A stretch of DNA of 63,705 nt, filler included, from Octopus bimaculoides (taxonomy: Eukaryota), in NCBI RefSeq assembly GCF_001194135.2. It is 4 parts of 4 records of this genome, joined end to end, with 100 filler letters (N's around TTAATTAATTAA, not from the genome) between each part and the next. Parts side by side here need not be neighbours in the genome. Positions count along the whole stretch, not along the records: positions 23,182 to 44,882 come from NC_068990.1; 3 more parts are not named here. One strand, 5' to 3'. The position numbers were made by a program, and so were the translations under genes. Positions within the stretch are counted from its first letter, which is position 1; every line of letters begins with the position of its first letter. The notes beneath the pieces are model-generated. The model was not told where the DNA came from and ran no database searches. It was given only the letters and a program-made list of their open reading frames with translations. This document shows, one piece after another, positions 25,512 to 38,793 of the stretch.

Positions 25512-25890
25512 CAACAAGCGCACTCAGAGAGTGGAAACCTCTGCCAATGCAACACCAACATCTTTTCAACGATTAGCCAGAGATGATTTTTAAAATGAGA
25601 ATATCTGAAATAAACTCGACTGCTCTCACAAACAAGAATACTAAAAATGAAACCGACTGCTCTCAAAAATTAAGCAAAAAAAACAAAAAAAAAACAGGAA
25701 AAATAATCCAGAATCCTTGACCAGTATCAGATCAATCCCAAAATCTAATCAGTTCATGCCAGTCACAAGGCCAAACATGCCTGAAAGTTTCATCTGAATC
25801 CATCCAGTGGTTCTTGAGATAGCTTGTCTACAGACAAACAAACAAACATGACTGAAAACAATACCTCTGCCTTTGGTAAGGTGGAGGTAA
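25512..25890 (+). mobile_element. Non-autonomous element with DINE/HINE-like architecture
   Basis: Subterminal aacctctgcc near the 5' end, (ACAA)n near the 3' end and a terminal hairpin tacctctgcctt-tggt-aaggtggaggta; flanked by (TAA)n. Confidence 0.45.
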
Positions 25891-27297
25891 TAATAATAAT
25901 GATGATGTTGATAATGGTTTCAAATTTTGGCACATGGCCAGCAATTTCAGGGAAGAGTGTAAGTCAATTACAATGACCTCAGTAATCAACTGGTATTTGA
26001 TGAAATGCTGCTGAGCATATAGTTTCTGATATAGGAACAAGGCCAGCAAAATTTGAGTGGAGGGTGTTACAATCAAACCTAGTATTTGGTTGGTATTTTA
26101 TTTTATCGACCTCAAAGAGATGAAAGGCAAAGTTTGAAATCAGAACATAAAGTGCCAGAATAAATACTGCAAAGCATTCTCCCCCCTTGATACTTTAATG
26201 ATTTTGCAAGCCTGTCTCCTTCCAAATAACGATAGTAGAAATAGTAGTTGGGGCAGCAACAGCAACACTAGTAGTTTTTTCTACAATAAGAGCTAAACTA
26301 ATGGTATTTTAAAAATTTTTATGCCATACTGCTGTTCAAATGTTAGCATATGAGATGGGGAAATCAGCTCCACCTGTGCAAGTAAAACTAAACAGGCTTT
26401 AATGAATAGTGCTACCTTTTGAACTAAACCAAATTGTGAAAGACAGAAAGAAGTGGCATTACATATATTCAAGGTCAATAGGAAAGTAGTTGATATAAAA
26501 GAGAACTCAAATAGTTCACCACAAAAGGAAGGATTAGGTAACACTATTGTCATTATTAAAGCACCAGTTATAATTCATCCCAGATACAAGAAAATATAAA
26601 CAAGAGCAAACTCATATTACAAGAGACAGCATTATCAAAATGAGTCACTGACCAAGGAAAGGTGCTAAGGTCAAGATTCAAGAATACAAAAGCCAGCTCT
26701 GTTCTGTCTACCTGTTTTCTCTTTCTCCCTCTTTCCTTAACCACCTGCCAACCCTTTACAACCACAAGGCAAACAGAACCAGCTATGTATGAATGAATAA
26801 AATTGGGGATGTTGGACAAGGGAGAAGAATCTCTGAAGCATTTCTCTAACAGGATATGAACACTCTGGAAAGCTTCTTGTGGAATAGCTAACCTAAAAAA
26901 CATTGTATACCAGACAGAGACATAAACAAATATGGCTAAAGATTAGCGATAACACAATGCAAGTTTTTTAAAGGTTATATCAGCAGAGTATCATCACTAT
27001 CAGTTTTACATCCTAGATATATTTTTACTCAAAAAACTGAAACGTAGAGAAGAAAAAAAAAAGATGGCCTCAGTCTCTCTAGTTACTGTGGTTATTGTGA
27101 GGAAATGGTGTATTCCTTAAATTCATTGGCAAGTATGGGTATTACTGAAGATTTAGACTTTATGTAATTTTATCTAGGGCAATTCAGCCAAACAGAGCCA
27201 ATCCTTCTCCAAGTTATACCCGCAAAAAGAGTGGGTAGATCTGATCACTGCAAGTTAATGACATGCTCATTAATTTTATAGTGCTGTTACCACTTAC

Positions 27298-27358
27298 AGT
27301 TTTCTTCAGATGCAATAATTTCATTTTCTTATACATCATTTCTGGAAAGGGATTTGGC
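27298..27358 (-). CDS. Candidate 61-nt internal exon of an unidentified gene (xPNPFPEMMYKKMKLLHLKKT)
   Basis: Polypyrimidine acceptor tcttgcatcctcttgtttataag, donor act|gtaagt, a single open frame, non-repetitive context. No homology recognised. Confidence 0.35.
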
Positions 27359-28021
27359 CTTATAAACAAGAGGATGCAAGATCAAGATGAGAGAAATCAG
27401 GGAGGAAGTGGAATGTGTATAAGACACGGTAATATTGCAACCTCATTCAATCTATAACGGCATGGAAAAGAGACATTCAACTCATAAGGATGATAATGAT
27501 CTTTGTGGTTGTCATCATCATCATCATCATTCTTTTCTATATAGGACACGCAATATTGATGAAACAGAGAACCACAACCACTAGCTCCTTCATCAGTTTG
27601 GAGTTTTTCCATCACTCAGTCATTTTCTCTCTCTCTCTCTCTCTCTTGGTCTGATGTCAAATACATGGGCAGGGTGTTTTCACTGCCTTGTCAGTTGTTC
27701 AGCATAGCAACAACAGTGATGAACTACAAATACATGACAGTCCATTTGATAAAAAAAAGGTGACCATCTCATTCATTCTACTATTGACTCTACTCTCTGT
27801 CTATGTTTACTTACAAGTATACTCAAAAAGTAAACACACAATACTCTGCTTTGTTTTTTTTGTTTTTTTGTTTCTTTTCTTCTATCTCTTTCAGATAAAT
27901 TAACCAAAACTGAAACTGATATCTTGTTAGTGCGTTTGTTCGCTACAGCTAATACACTAAAATATAATCCAAATTAAATTTTAACCATATAAAATTTGGC
28001 CTTGATCAAGACAGTTTACAC

Positions 28022-28082
28022 CTCACACTATCAATGTTTTTTTCCCCTTCTTCTTCTGACATAATTGCAGATGAAGTAAGAT
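28022..28082 (-). CDS. Candidate start-codon exon (MSEEEGEKNIDSVR), phase-compatible with 27298-27358
   Basis: Acceptor attctcaccag, ATG at 28062, weak donor ag|gtgtaa. Confidence 0.22.
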
Positions 28083-29323
28083 CTGGTGAGAATTAATGGA
28101 AACTATTACCAGAAATATAAATATATATAGTATGAGTGACAACAAATCTAATCATAATGATGACAATGAAATAAACAAAGCTAAAAAGAAAAAGAAATAA
28201 GAAAGAAAGAGCCAAAATAGATTATATATAACGTTCCCTTTTAAAAGAAGAAATGAAGAAAAATAATTTGTATCATAAAGGTGGACATCATGGCAGAAAT
28301 GGTGGCTATCCTTAAAGAACATTAAAAATGATGTAATCTTGTCACCTATCTAGTTCCATCATAGTATTTATGCATCTCGTAAAATCAGAATCCTTAATAC
28401 ATTTAGTATGCATTAAATATAACACAGCTAATGACAGCTTAGGTATTTACACAGAATGCAAATAGCTCATGTATTTATACATGTATCAAGAGCAGACACC
28501 ACCACTACTGCCAGCAACCATATTAATGCATGCAGTATATATAAATATTGTAGTGTATATAGCAATAGTGTGATATAGTGTCAAAGACAGTGGTGGTTTG
28601 ATAGATGTAAACAAATAACAGCAGAATGAAATATTTTTTATATTTTTACCAATTCAAGATATGTCAGTCTAGTGCAAGAATTCTCAAAGAATTCTCCACA
28701 GTAGTAACCATAGTAACAGAATATAGGCTGTTAGTGAGACTGCATGCATAATGGTTAGCACAGAGGCTAGCAATGGAGAGAGAGAGGAGGGATGATGTGT
28801 GTGTTTGTGTGTGAGGGAATGAAAAGCAGTGAAAAGTACAAAAGCAAGGAAGAAAGTGGTAGAGAGAGGAGGGGTATTGGATTAGTTTGCAAGATATAAC
28901 AACACTTCCTTATAACACAGACTTAATATATGTATGGAGATATAGAGAAAAAAGTCAAAATTACAATGATTGAGTTCGAGTGCGTGTATCGAAAGAGGCA
29001 GTATAACCATTGCTAATGTTATGCAACACTACACTACACTGCATTTTATGAACCACTTAGGGAACATTTAAATGGTTGTCCAATTGACTAGAAATAACAG
29101 TCAAATCTTTTAACAACATGCAACAGTCTTTTAAAAAAATATGACACATTGGGTAATGTAGTCTGAGATAGACTGCTGTAAATATGATGGGAATAGTCGT
29201 AGCTCGAAATGCTTTTCATCACAGGTCTGTTTGATGAAGTCTAGCTTGAAACTAAATAAAAACAACAATAACACTTGTAGTATCACTAAAGAAAGGGTCA
29301 TAGTTCAACTAATTAGGAAGTGA

Positions 29324-30368
29324 GTTAGTCTGGATGAGAAGCAGTTCTGTTCTGTGCCAGGGAGAAGCACTACTGATGTTATCTTCCTGATAAGGCAGCT
29401 AACTACAGGAGAAACATTTAGCCATGAATAAACCTCTGTGCTTGGCTTTTATAGACCTGGGGAAAGCCTTTGACAGAGTCTCCTATTTGCTCATCTGGTG
29501 GTCAATACAAAAGCTAGGGATAGAAGTGTGGTTGGTAAGAGCTGTCAGAGGCGAGCTGACAGAAACATTAGCATGCCGGGTGAAATGCTTAGCGGTATTT
29601 CGTCTGCCGTTACGTTATGAGTTCAATTTCCGCCGAGGTTGACTTTGCCTTTCATCCTTTCGGGGTCGATAGATTAAGTACCAGTTACGCACTGGGGTCG
29701 ATGTAATCGACTTAATCTCTTTGTCTGTCATTGTTTGTCCCCTTTATGTTTAGCCCTTTGTGGGCAATAAAGAAATAAGAGCTGTCAGAGCCATTGGCAA
29801 GGATGCTGTCAGTAAGGTGAAGGTTGGCAATGAGTACAGTGATGAATTTAGCGTACAAGTAATTCACCAGGGATCAGTTCTCAGTACCTCTTTGTTTATC
29901 ATAGTCCTCTAGGACATAACAGAGGAATTTAAGACTGGCTTCCCTTGGGAGCTTCTCTACAATGATGACCTTGTTCTTATAGCTGAATCACTACCTGACC
30001 AAAAGAGGAAATTTCATATGTGAAAGCAAGGACTGAAATCTAAGGGCCTTAGAGTTAATTCAGCTAAGACCAAAGTCCTAGTAAGTATGAAAACAGACAA
30101 AGCTCAAATCTGTTCAGGGAGATGGCCCTGTTTGATATGTAGGAAAGGTGTTGGTAGAAATTCAATATGGTGTAACCAGTGCAAGCTATGGACACATAAG
30201 AAGTGCAACAGTATCATGGGAAGGCTAACTGAGAAAGTAGTCTTTGTCTGTGGTAGATGTGCATGTACAATGGACACTAGGAATGTACAGAGAATAGGCT
30301 TCCTCAAATGTCTGCAGGAATCCTTTGAAGTAGTAGATAGCTTCCATTACCAAGGTGACCAAGTTAGC
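29324..30368 (+). mobile_element. Decayed RTE-clade reverse transcriptase with Cys/His-rich insert, split by a SINE
   Basis: EKQF..PGRSTTDVIFLIRQ..AFIDLGKAFDRV..HQGSVLS..WELLYNDDLVL..WPCLICRKGVGRNSIWCNQCKLWTHKKC..VCGRC..VVDSFHYQGDQV. Confidence 0.92.
29551..29775 (+). mobile_element. Young SINE B insertion with a 15-bp target-site duplication
   Basis: taagagctgtcagag at 29536-29550 and 29776-29790; CpGs largely intact. Confidence 0.92.
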
Positions 30369-31563
30369 TGTTCATCCATGCCCTTGATGGCAGTGGGCAG
30401 GATTTGAACTCAGAATATATAGAGCTAGAGTGGATACTGTAAGGCATCTCATTTGATGCATTATCACTTCTGCCTTGGATTGGTATATCATTGACCTTTG
30501 AAAAGATGAAAAGCAAAGCCAACCATAGCAAGATTTGAACAGAGAGCACAGAATCAGAATACTGCCAAGCATTATATCTAACATCCTAAGAACTCTGCTA
30601 ATTTGTCATAGCAAGTAAAAGGGTCAGTCTAAAAGGGAATAGAGGAACATAATACAAGACAGACTGATGAACTTATGAGTTCACAATGAATATAATAACA
30701 TTTCTGAAAGTAAGGTGATGAATTATTAATATAAAAATAAGCTGTATAATATAATGGAAAAAGCATCTCTTCAAATATTATATAATAATAACTTCTAACA
30801 TGGGCATAAGGCTATAACATTTGTTTGAAGGCATAGTGGATTATATTGACCAACCTGCTATAATTGACTAATATTTAAATTTTTTCTATTGTCAGTCAGA
30901 TACAGGAATGCCTTACCTATTTCTAACAACTCAACTGTAAATAAGAATCAGACATGTGTTAAGCATTAAGTTGAGTCATCACAATGGTAGTAGAAAGACT
31001 AAATCTAAACAATATGGTCAGTCTCATTAGGTACATTGTGGCTTTTGATAAACAAAATTTGAAAAAATTCAAGGAGACTCAAGATTAAAAGACATCGAAG
31101 TTTGTTTTTGAGTGGTATACAATGGTGAAGAATAGATAAATATTATCTGATGATGACTAAATGTTAAATGTACCCTAGAAATAAAATATGTCTAAGTGGT
31201 TTGTATGAATAAGGGAAGAGTAGAAAATGAAGCCAGGAAGTAGACCATGTTAGCTTAAGACAAAAGTATAACAATAATCAAAAAGGTTCATCTGATTTAA
31301 TAGTGTTGGAATCCAGAAAGTAATTAAGAACACATTGAAATGAAGGAAGTTTTGTCACCTGGTGACCGATGAAAAAGCTAAATGGCTTGTGGGAGCTGTT
31401 CAAATTATGTATAAAGGTGTTATAAACAAGATCAAGACTGACAAGGACTCTAAGCCTCACTTATTCATTATAGTTATTTGAGGCAATAACTTTGGTGTTC
31501 ATGACTGAAATCCTTAGGAACCTTTATATGCCAGTGGCCTGGTTTCCTTTGCAGAATCTGTTA

Positions 31564-32676
31564 TCTACTACATATGTGGAAAATCGGTGTGCGTTTGTTT
31601 GTGGTGTTGTTAGCTAACTCCTTCTATATCATTTTATTGATTTTGATGAAACTTGATACATGAGTAGAATTCATGTCTGGAAACCTCGTGACATACTTTG
31701 TTGAAAAAAATTGATAATACAGCCCCTAGAAAGGACCTTTATATAACTATTTTTTTTTAACACCGAAGGGAAATAACCTATAGCATCTGTACAATACTTT
31801 TTTTTAAACACTCAAGGGAAATAACCCATTTCATTGTTTATGTTTGATTACTTTGAATATTGAATTTTTGTGTGTCCTATTTCTAGTTTATGCAGACAAT
31901 ATCACTTTTATACTTTATTTGACACATGAGTAGAACTCATGTCTGGAAACCTTGTGACATAGATTGTTGAAAAAGAAATCGATAATAGGAGCCTTCCAAT
32001 GGATCATTCTATCTACTACATATTACTAATATTTTACTTAAAAAACCCAAGGGAAATAACCCATACCAACTGCAGATTTTAGCGAAGCGATCAATATTTG
32101 ATTCTTACGATCAGCCAACCTAATTCTGCATTTCACTACTAAACATTATTATTGCATTTCCATAATTTGAATCTTAAACATTAAAGACTTTGTTCATATA
32201 TTTCTATACATACATACTTTTTTGAATGCCCATTACTCTGATAATTCTGCATTTTTACAGTTACTCTTTTTCCATGACAGTAGATAAATTTTTTATTCCA
32301 CAACGTATTTGGAGTGGCTTCATGCAGGTATAGCATGAATTCGATCCTTGATTGCCAAATTTCACTTAACACTTCGACAGCGCTTTTCTCACAGTAAAAC
32401 AATAGTTTTTCTGTGAATGACAGCAGTTATACATTTCCCAGATGCCTTCGCTAAGCAAAATAATGTCTTTGCCTCTCGCCAACCTCTCTCATCATCCTCT
32501 GAAAACCTCTCTCAGCAACCTCCAACAATCTCTCCCTCCTCCAGCTGACAGTTTTTTGTACTTTTTCATGACGGAAAATACACGTTATAACGAAATTGCT
32601 TTCTCATATCAGAGTTATTAATAGGCGTTTTAATAGAACATCTTTACCCTTGGGAATTACCGGGTACACCAGCTAG
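31564..32676 (+). mobile_element. Non-autonomous Helitron-like element with internal ~270 bp duplication
   Basis: A|TC 5' end, 3' hairpin taccc..gggta followed by CTAG|T; duplicated block catgagtagaa.tcatgtctggaaacc at about 31658 and 31925. Confidence 0.55.
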
Positions 32677-33811
32677 TATATATGTACATAAAAATAAATA
32701 AATAAATAAAAGTTCCAAACATGGAAGAATGACTTTGATCATAAAGACCTGAAGTTCAAAGTGTCTAAGTAGGAGCACATAATCTTAGTGCTGTTTGGAA
32801 AATGAACTGTTTTGGAAGAACAGGAGCAAATAGGATCTTCAAAGTGCATATGCTGTATAAGCAATGGGTGCAGAGAAGATTCAGTAGAACTCAAGTGACT
32901 TGATTTAAGATTTCAAATGTGTTACACATACAAGAATAGTGACAAACACGAAATGAAGTCCACACACTACTTCAGCTCATGAGATATACTACATTTTCTG
33001 GCATATAAGATGCACTTTTCAAAATTTTTAAATGCATCAAACAATTAACCTGCATCTAATACAGCCATATTACAGATAGGAGACAGAATGTCATAGGTTA
33101 TTATGCCTAGTGGACTTATGCTCATCCAGCTCCCTTGGAGCTTGATAAGCATAAGTCTACTATGCACAATTGTTACTAATAATAAAATGTTGAAAGCAAG
33201 CCAAAATATTAGTTTGTTAGCACAAACTTATAAAAAATTGCTTACAGTATGTCGGCAGTTATGCTGGAAGGTCACATCATTGCATTATACCTTTTTCCTC
33301 AGCATATATAACCTACACCTGATATGTCTTGCATTATTTAACGACTTAGTTACCTTTAAGATTTAAAAAAAATTTACCCAAATAACTAATGCTACTACTC
33401 TAATCGCTATTTGCAAAGAGTGAATGACAACAAAATCATAGTGGCAGAGTGTCACTCTTGTGACTGATCACAGTTACATAAAACACCAAAGCTGGAAATT
33501 CAGTACTTGCATAACAGTTTATTTACAACAAATTTATAGTTTCATACTTTATTCCAGTATCCAATGAAAACATTGTATTTACATTCACATAATCATACAT
33601 TTCCCCTACGAAACAACTTTACAATATCTTTCAATAAATATATGATAAAACATACTAAATTTGTTTTTTCCATAAAATATACTTGTACAATGTGTCAGCA
33701 AATAAGGTAGTTAACTTCCTCATGCATACATTACTTGATTAATATTGGAGGTGGTTGTAATAGGAGTATAGAGTAAGAAAAGTGAAATTCAGAGAGCTGG
33801 CAACAGATATT

Positions 33812-34273
33812 TCATCATCATCATCGTCGTTTAACGTCCGCTTTCCATGCTAGCATGGGTTGGATGATTTGACTGAGGACTGGTGAAACCGGATGGCAAC
33901 ACCAGGCTCCAATCCAATTTGGCAGAGTTTCTTCAGCTGGATGCCCTTCCTAACGCCAACCACTCAGAGAGTGTAGTGGGTGCTTTTACGTGTCACCCGC
34001 ACGAAAACGGCCACGCTCAAAATGGTGTCTTTTATGTGCCACCTGCACAAGAGCCAGTCCAGGGGCACTGGCAACGATCTCGCTCGAAAACCCCACAAAG
34101 GCCAGTCAGGCGGTATATANNNNNNNNNNNNNNNNNNNNNNNNNNNNNNNNNNNNNNNNNNNNNNNNNNNNNNNNNNNNNNNNNNGATATTTCATCATCA
34201 TCATCGTCGTTTAACGTCCGCTTTCCATGCTAGCATGGGTTGGACGATTTGACTGAGGACTGGTGAAACCAGA
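33812..34273 (-). mobile_element. RTE 3' UTR/tail copies on both sides of a gap
   Basis: catcatcgtcgtttaacgtccgctttccatgctagc... occurs twice with the identical flank gatattt. Confidence 0.8.
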
Positions 34274-35220
34274 TGGGAATATTTATATATACATATATGT
34301 ATGTACGTATGTGTGAGGGGATAGATATATACGTGTATGTCCCCCTCACATGTGGTGACAGTGACTGTTGACTATTTTAGTGTGCATGTGCACGCATATA
34401 TATATATTTCTCAACATATATACATATATATATATACTTATATATGAAACACTCTAACTACTGCAGTTTTACTACTGCCTTTACAGTCTGTATACCTATA
34501 AATGATAATGGTTTGGTATTAAATAGTGCATCACTCTCAACTCCCTAATAGTTTCTCAATGGCTGTTTTCTCTTCTGCAAAAAATCTCTTTCAGGTTTCT
34601 CAATAAGTATCAAAATGAAGAAGACTGTTTGTTAAAACATCTTTGATGTGCAGCTTGGGTTGCCATGTTTGTGTTTTGCATTCCCTGAATACAATTCCTT
34701 TTTGTAAATAGACACCATTTATATGAGACAAGCTCTGTTTGGTGTAGTAGGCAACTGACTAATAAGATGTGTAATTATAGTGTAAGCATGTCTGTTGTTG
34801 CTGGTAATACTAGCTCCCAAATATTAAAGATTTAGTCCCTTCATGGTGAAACCTAAATTTGATATACACAAATAAGTGTAAGGCATTGAGTTCCTAGTAT
34901 TTTATGCAACAGATGGTCCAGATCTAGTGTAATGCAGAAATTACATGCTTTATTTTTAGTCTACTGGGTAAGTTTTTATCTACCACACACACATCTAAAT
35001 ATACATATACACATATATATACAGAGAGGAAGGTCACTGCTGTTTTTGTTAAGTGAAAGTCCAACTTAATATCAAGAGTGCCTATATTTGCAATCTGAGA
35101 TGCAGGAAGGTTTCTATTGCAGCAAAAGACTTGTTTTCTCAAAGCATTTATTAGGTAGAGTCAAATCTTTATTATGGAGTTTAACAATTTTTGACAGGTT
35201 TATTTTCATTACAAACTTAC

Positions 35221-35266
35221 AACACGCAGAGAAGAATGTCTTCCGCAACTATTGCAGGTCATTCCC
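35221..35266 (-). CDS. Candidate 46-nt exon of an unidentified gene (xGMTCNSCGRHSSLRV)
   Basis: Acceptor tgattttgtag, donor gtt|gtaagt, one open frame, a CxxC motif, and two retained CpGs inside a CpG-poor domain. Confidence 0.38.
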
Positions 35267-36832
35267 CTACAAAATCATTATCATATGTGTTAAAGTGTAA
35301 CTGAATGCACACTCTTGAGATGTCTTCACTTCAAGAAATGAACAGTATGCTTGATGGTATAAGGAAGGCATGAGGAAATAGCACTAAGACAACATTACCA
35401 AATAAGGTGAGAGTCAAGATACAACCCAGTTAAAAATCATAGTGAATACCAATTTTTCAGATATTCATCTGAACAATTTGATCAAGCAAACAAATGATAA
35501 AAGAAGTTTCAGCCATGACTATACCATCTGTTTTTCAACCATACATGGTCCCATGAAGACTCCTGCATTAACTCAACCTTAATTTGTTAAATCTAGTAGT
35601 GGAGCTGAAGACCATCATGATAAGTAGCAGAATCAAATATTTTTGAGAGGCCAAGAAATACAATAGTTATTTCAGTATGTTGTTTTTGTGAGCTTTACAA
35701 AGGTATATTGCTGTCCTAACTTGCCTGACTATTGAGGCCCCTGCTGCTTTCTGTATTTCCCCTTCACTTGAATAGAATACTATGTTAGCTGTGAAATCCA
35801 TACTGACTCATATAAGACCCTCTAAGCAAGTGTCTGAAGTTTAGTAGTTTGCCACGAATGAATACTTAACCAACAAGACTTAAGAATAAGTCACATTGGA
35901 GATAAGTGTGTATTTCAACAAAGGTAAAAACTAAAGAATTTCAGCTGCGATACCACTTGCCAAAGTTATCTATGTGCAAAATAGACTGTGACAGTGTGCT
36001 ACAGTAGGAGATAGACATAAAATACAGAGGACCTGCGGTAGTCGGAAAGAAGTTGAGCATTGTCTGCTGGATGTGCAATGTTAACAACAAACTGGTGAGT
36101 GTAAACAAATGTGCCCATATATATACAGGTGAGATGTGCACAGATGATGAATGGATAAAAATGCAACATGTACCGACAGTGAAAGGTACTCATGACAAGA
36201 GTAAAACCAAAAATAAGATACAAAATAAAGGATGGAGAGGCAATATATTGTATGGAAAGCTCATTCAACCTATACTAACAAAGAAAGACAAACATGATGA
36301 CAATAAGAATGGTGTCCAAAACCATACTAACATACTAAAGTACAATTGCATGAAAATTTTTCTAAGTTCCTGAAATTTATAGAAAATTACAGTTAACAGA
36401 CTAGTCATACTGTAGGCAAAAGCAGACAAATGTAAGTTTTAAGGTTGGATATTGTGGAGGAGGTAGCCAGATATATAAAATTAAGCAGTTGGGGAAATAA
36501 AACTTTCATAAAAATGCAAGTTACTCAACAATAATCTTAAACACACACACACACCGTTCTGCTAGATTTAGGAGTGGTTTTAGAATATGATGTAGAAAGA
36601 AATTTAAGATTATTCTAACTAGTTTGTGAATGAATTTACTGACAACATACCTATTTCTGTTTAAACAACAGCAAACGGTAGAGAAATAATAATGATTTTA
36701 TTCAATACTGCAGATGGCAACTAAGTTTCTACTGGACTGAGGACTCAGCTAATAAGAACATTATTGATACAAAGTGTTACATTTGTTCAAAGTAAATCAT
36801 TGCTATGAGTTTTTCCTATTTGCTGTATGTGG

Positions 36833-36888
<56 letters not shown>

Positions 36889-38793
36889 ATATGCGTACTT
36901 AAGTACAAATATTTCTCTGCATACACACGACACAAATAGAATAACTGGTAAAATGCTTGCTCATGTGAAATACATTAATATACAGAATAAGCTATAGTCA
37001 TCAAGAGAAGTACAATGAGTAAAGTGAATGAAAGGACATAACACTTCACAGTCAATGTTTATTAGTTTGAGAATTCTATTAGCTGTAGGCTATATTTACA
37101 TATGAGATTTTGTTATTATGTATGTCTCCTGATATAAAGCAGCTACCTGCGGAACATTTTGCTTGGGACAATTTGTTTGCTATATTATTGTAACATTTTA
37201 GGTAGTCTAAGTGAATGTTATTTACACCACAGAAAACTATGTGTCACATAAGTTACCAAATATTATTTATTGGAGTAATATATTTCAGTAACTTTATATT
37301 TAAAGTTTACATAATAAGCCTACCATGGAGTACATAAAGACTCTAGAACAAGCACCACCCCATTTCTCCCAGAATAAATACCAAGAACAAGAAAGAAATA
37401 AAAAGGTACAGTCTCTAAGAGAAACCTTAAAAACAGGCAGACAAAAGTCTTAAAGTAGGTAAATTAAAAAACTTGATTGGTTAGGAGTAGAGTAATTAAA
37501 TTATGTAAAACACACACAAATTTAATTACACATCTACTTTTACAGAGAAAAATTAAAATAAGTTCATGCATGACTTAACACCTACACATGGAGACGAATG
37601 TATTTAAAATAAAAAACTCACACAGGATTGCGTTGTTTCTAGGCTATCACTGTATTCAGAAGGTTTGTAAATGGTACAAGAAAACCTCACCCACATGTGC
37701 TTCTCAAGGAATATAGAGCTGAGTCATGTTGGAGGACATCAAGTCATTCCAAGGGCTAACATGCTATGAATTCAAAGACTGTTTCTATTTTACTATTAGC
37801 ATCTTAAAGTACCACACAGTGGAATTGAATCCAAAACCATGTGGTTGGGAAGCAAGCTTCTTACCACACAACAATGTCTGTGCTTTGCCGTACCTACAAT
37901 AATTATTCCCTAGTTTTCAGTCTAAGCATTTTCAGTTTTATGTATATCTCTTCAGAGATTTAACATTGATTAAATACTTGTTTTGAGAAAAATATTGAAC
38001 AGCTTCCTTGTTTTCCATTTAAATATAGTTTCCATTACACACATACATACATTGAAATATTTTCCAAAATACCATATAAATCAAAAAAGTTAGATTTCCA
38101 TTGATATACATTAATAAATGCGAACTTCTGTCTGCCCATGTGGGATGCCTTTATCTCTACATTTCCTTTACAAAGACATATTATACCTTTTTTGAATCAG
38201 GATGATCCCAGGATTGAAGAGCTGACCGTCATTTGGTTCTTGAACATACAGTATTAGGATCTGATTTAAAAGCATTTGGTTGCTCTTTCTAGCACATAAA
38301 GTGGCTGAAGTTTCAAGGCCATAGTATTACTGAGATAGGCGAACAACAGTTACCTCCCTTAGCTTAAAATTTAACTAAGAAATTTAGTGGTTCTTTTTAT
38401 CTTTTTCAGTCATTGAACTACAGCTACACTGTGGCATCACCTCGAAGAATTTTAACTGAACAAATCAATACCAGTTCCCCCCTTTTTTATGTCTGGTATT
38501 TCAACCCTTTAAACAGAACCCTTGATTCAATAACACTGTGTATAAACTCTGTATTTGGAATGACCAATTTCAAATACTGTTGGATTTTACTCAGGGTATT
38601 GGAATCTTAATAATGGATTTACAAATGCAATGACCAATCGTAAAGACAATTAGATTTTACTCACAAGGTATTGGAACCTTATATGTATACCATTCTGCCT
38701 AAACAATGGACTTACAAATATAATATCCCTACATTCACTCTCTATTTGCTATCTTAACTAAACTAACTATTGCTTAACCATCCTCTCATACCA

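Noticed and set aside
33812-34273. Tandem RTE tails with identical flank
   Set aside because: Separated by a gap and share the same flank; probably allelic or assembly redundancy.
35221-35266. Assigning GMTCNSC to an HMA copper-binding domain (ATP7-like) or to DNLZ
   Set aside because: Flanking residues and neighbouring exons do not continue either family pattern; left unnamed.
38185-38290. In-frame TGA as selenocysteine in a - strand exon
   Set aside because: No selenoprotein motif or SECIS support; another frame is open.
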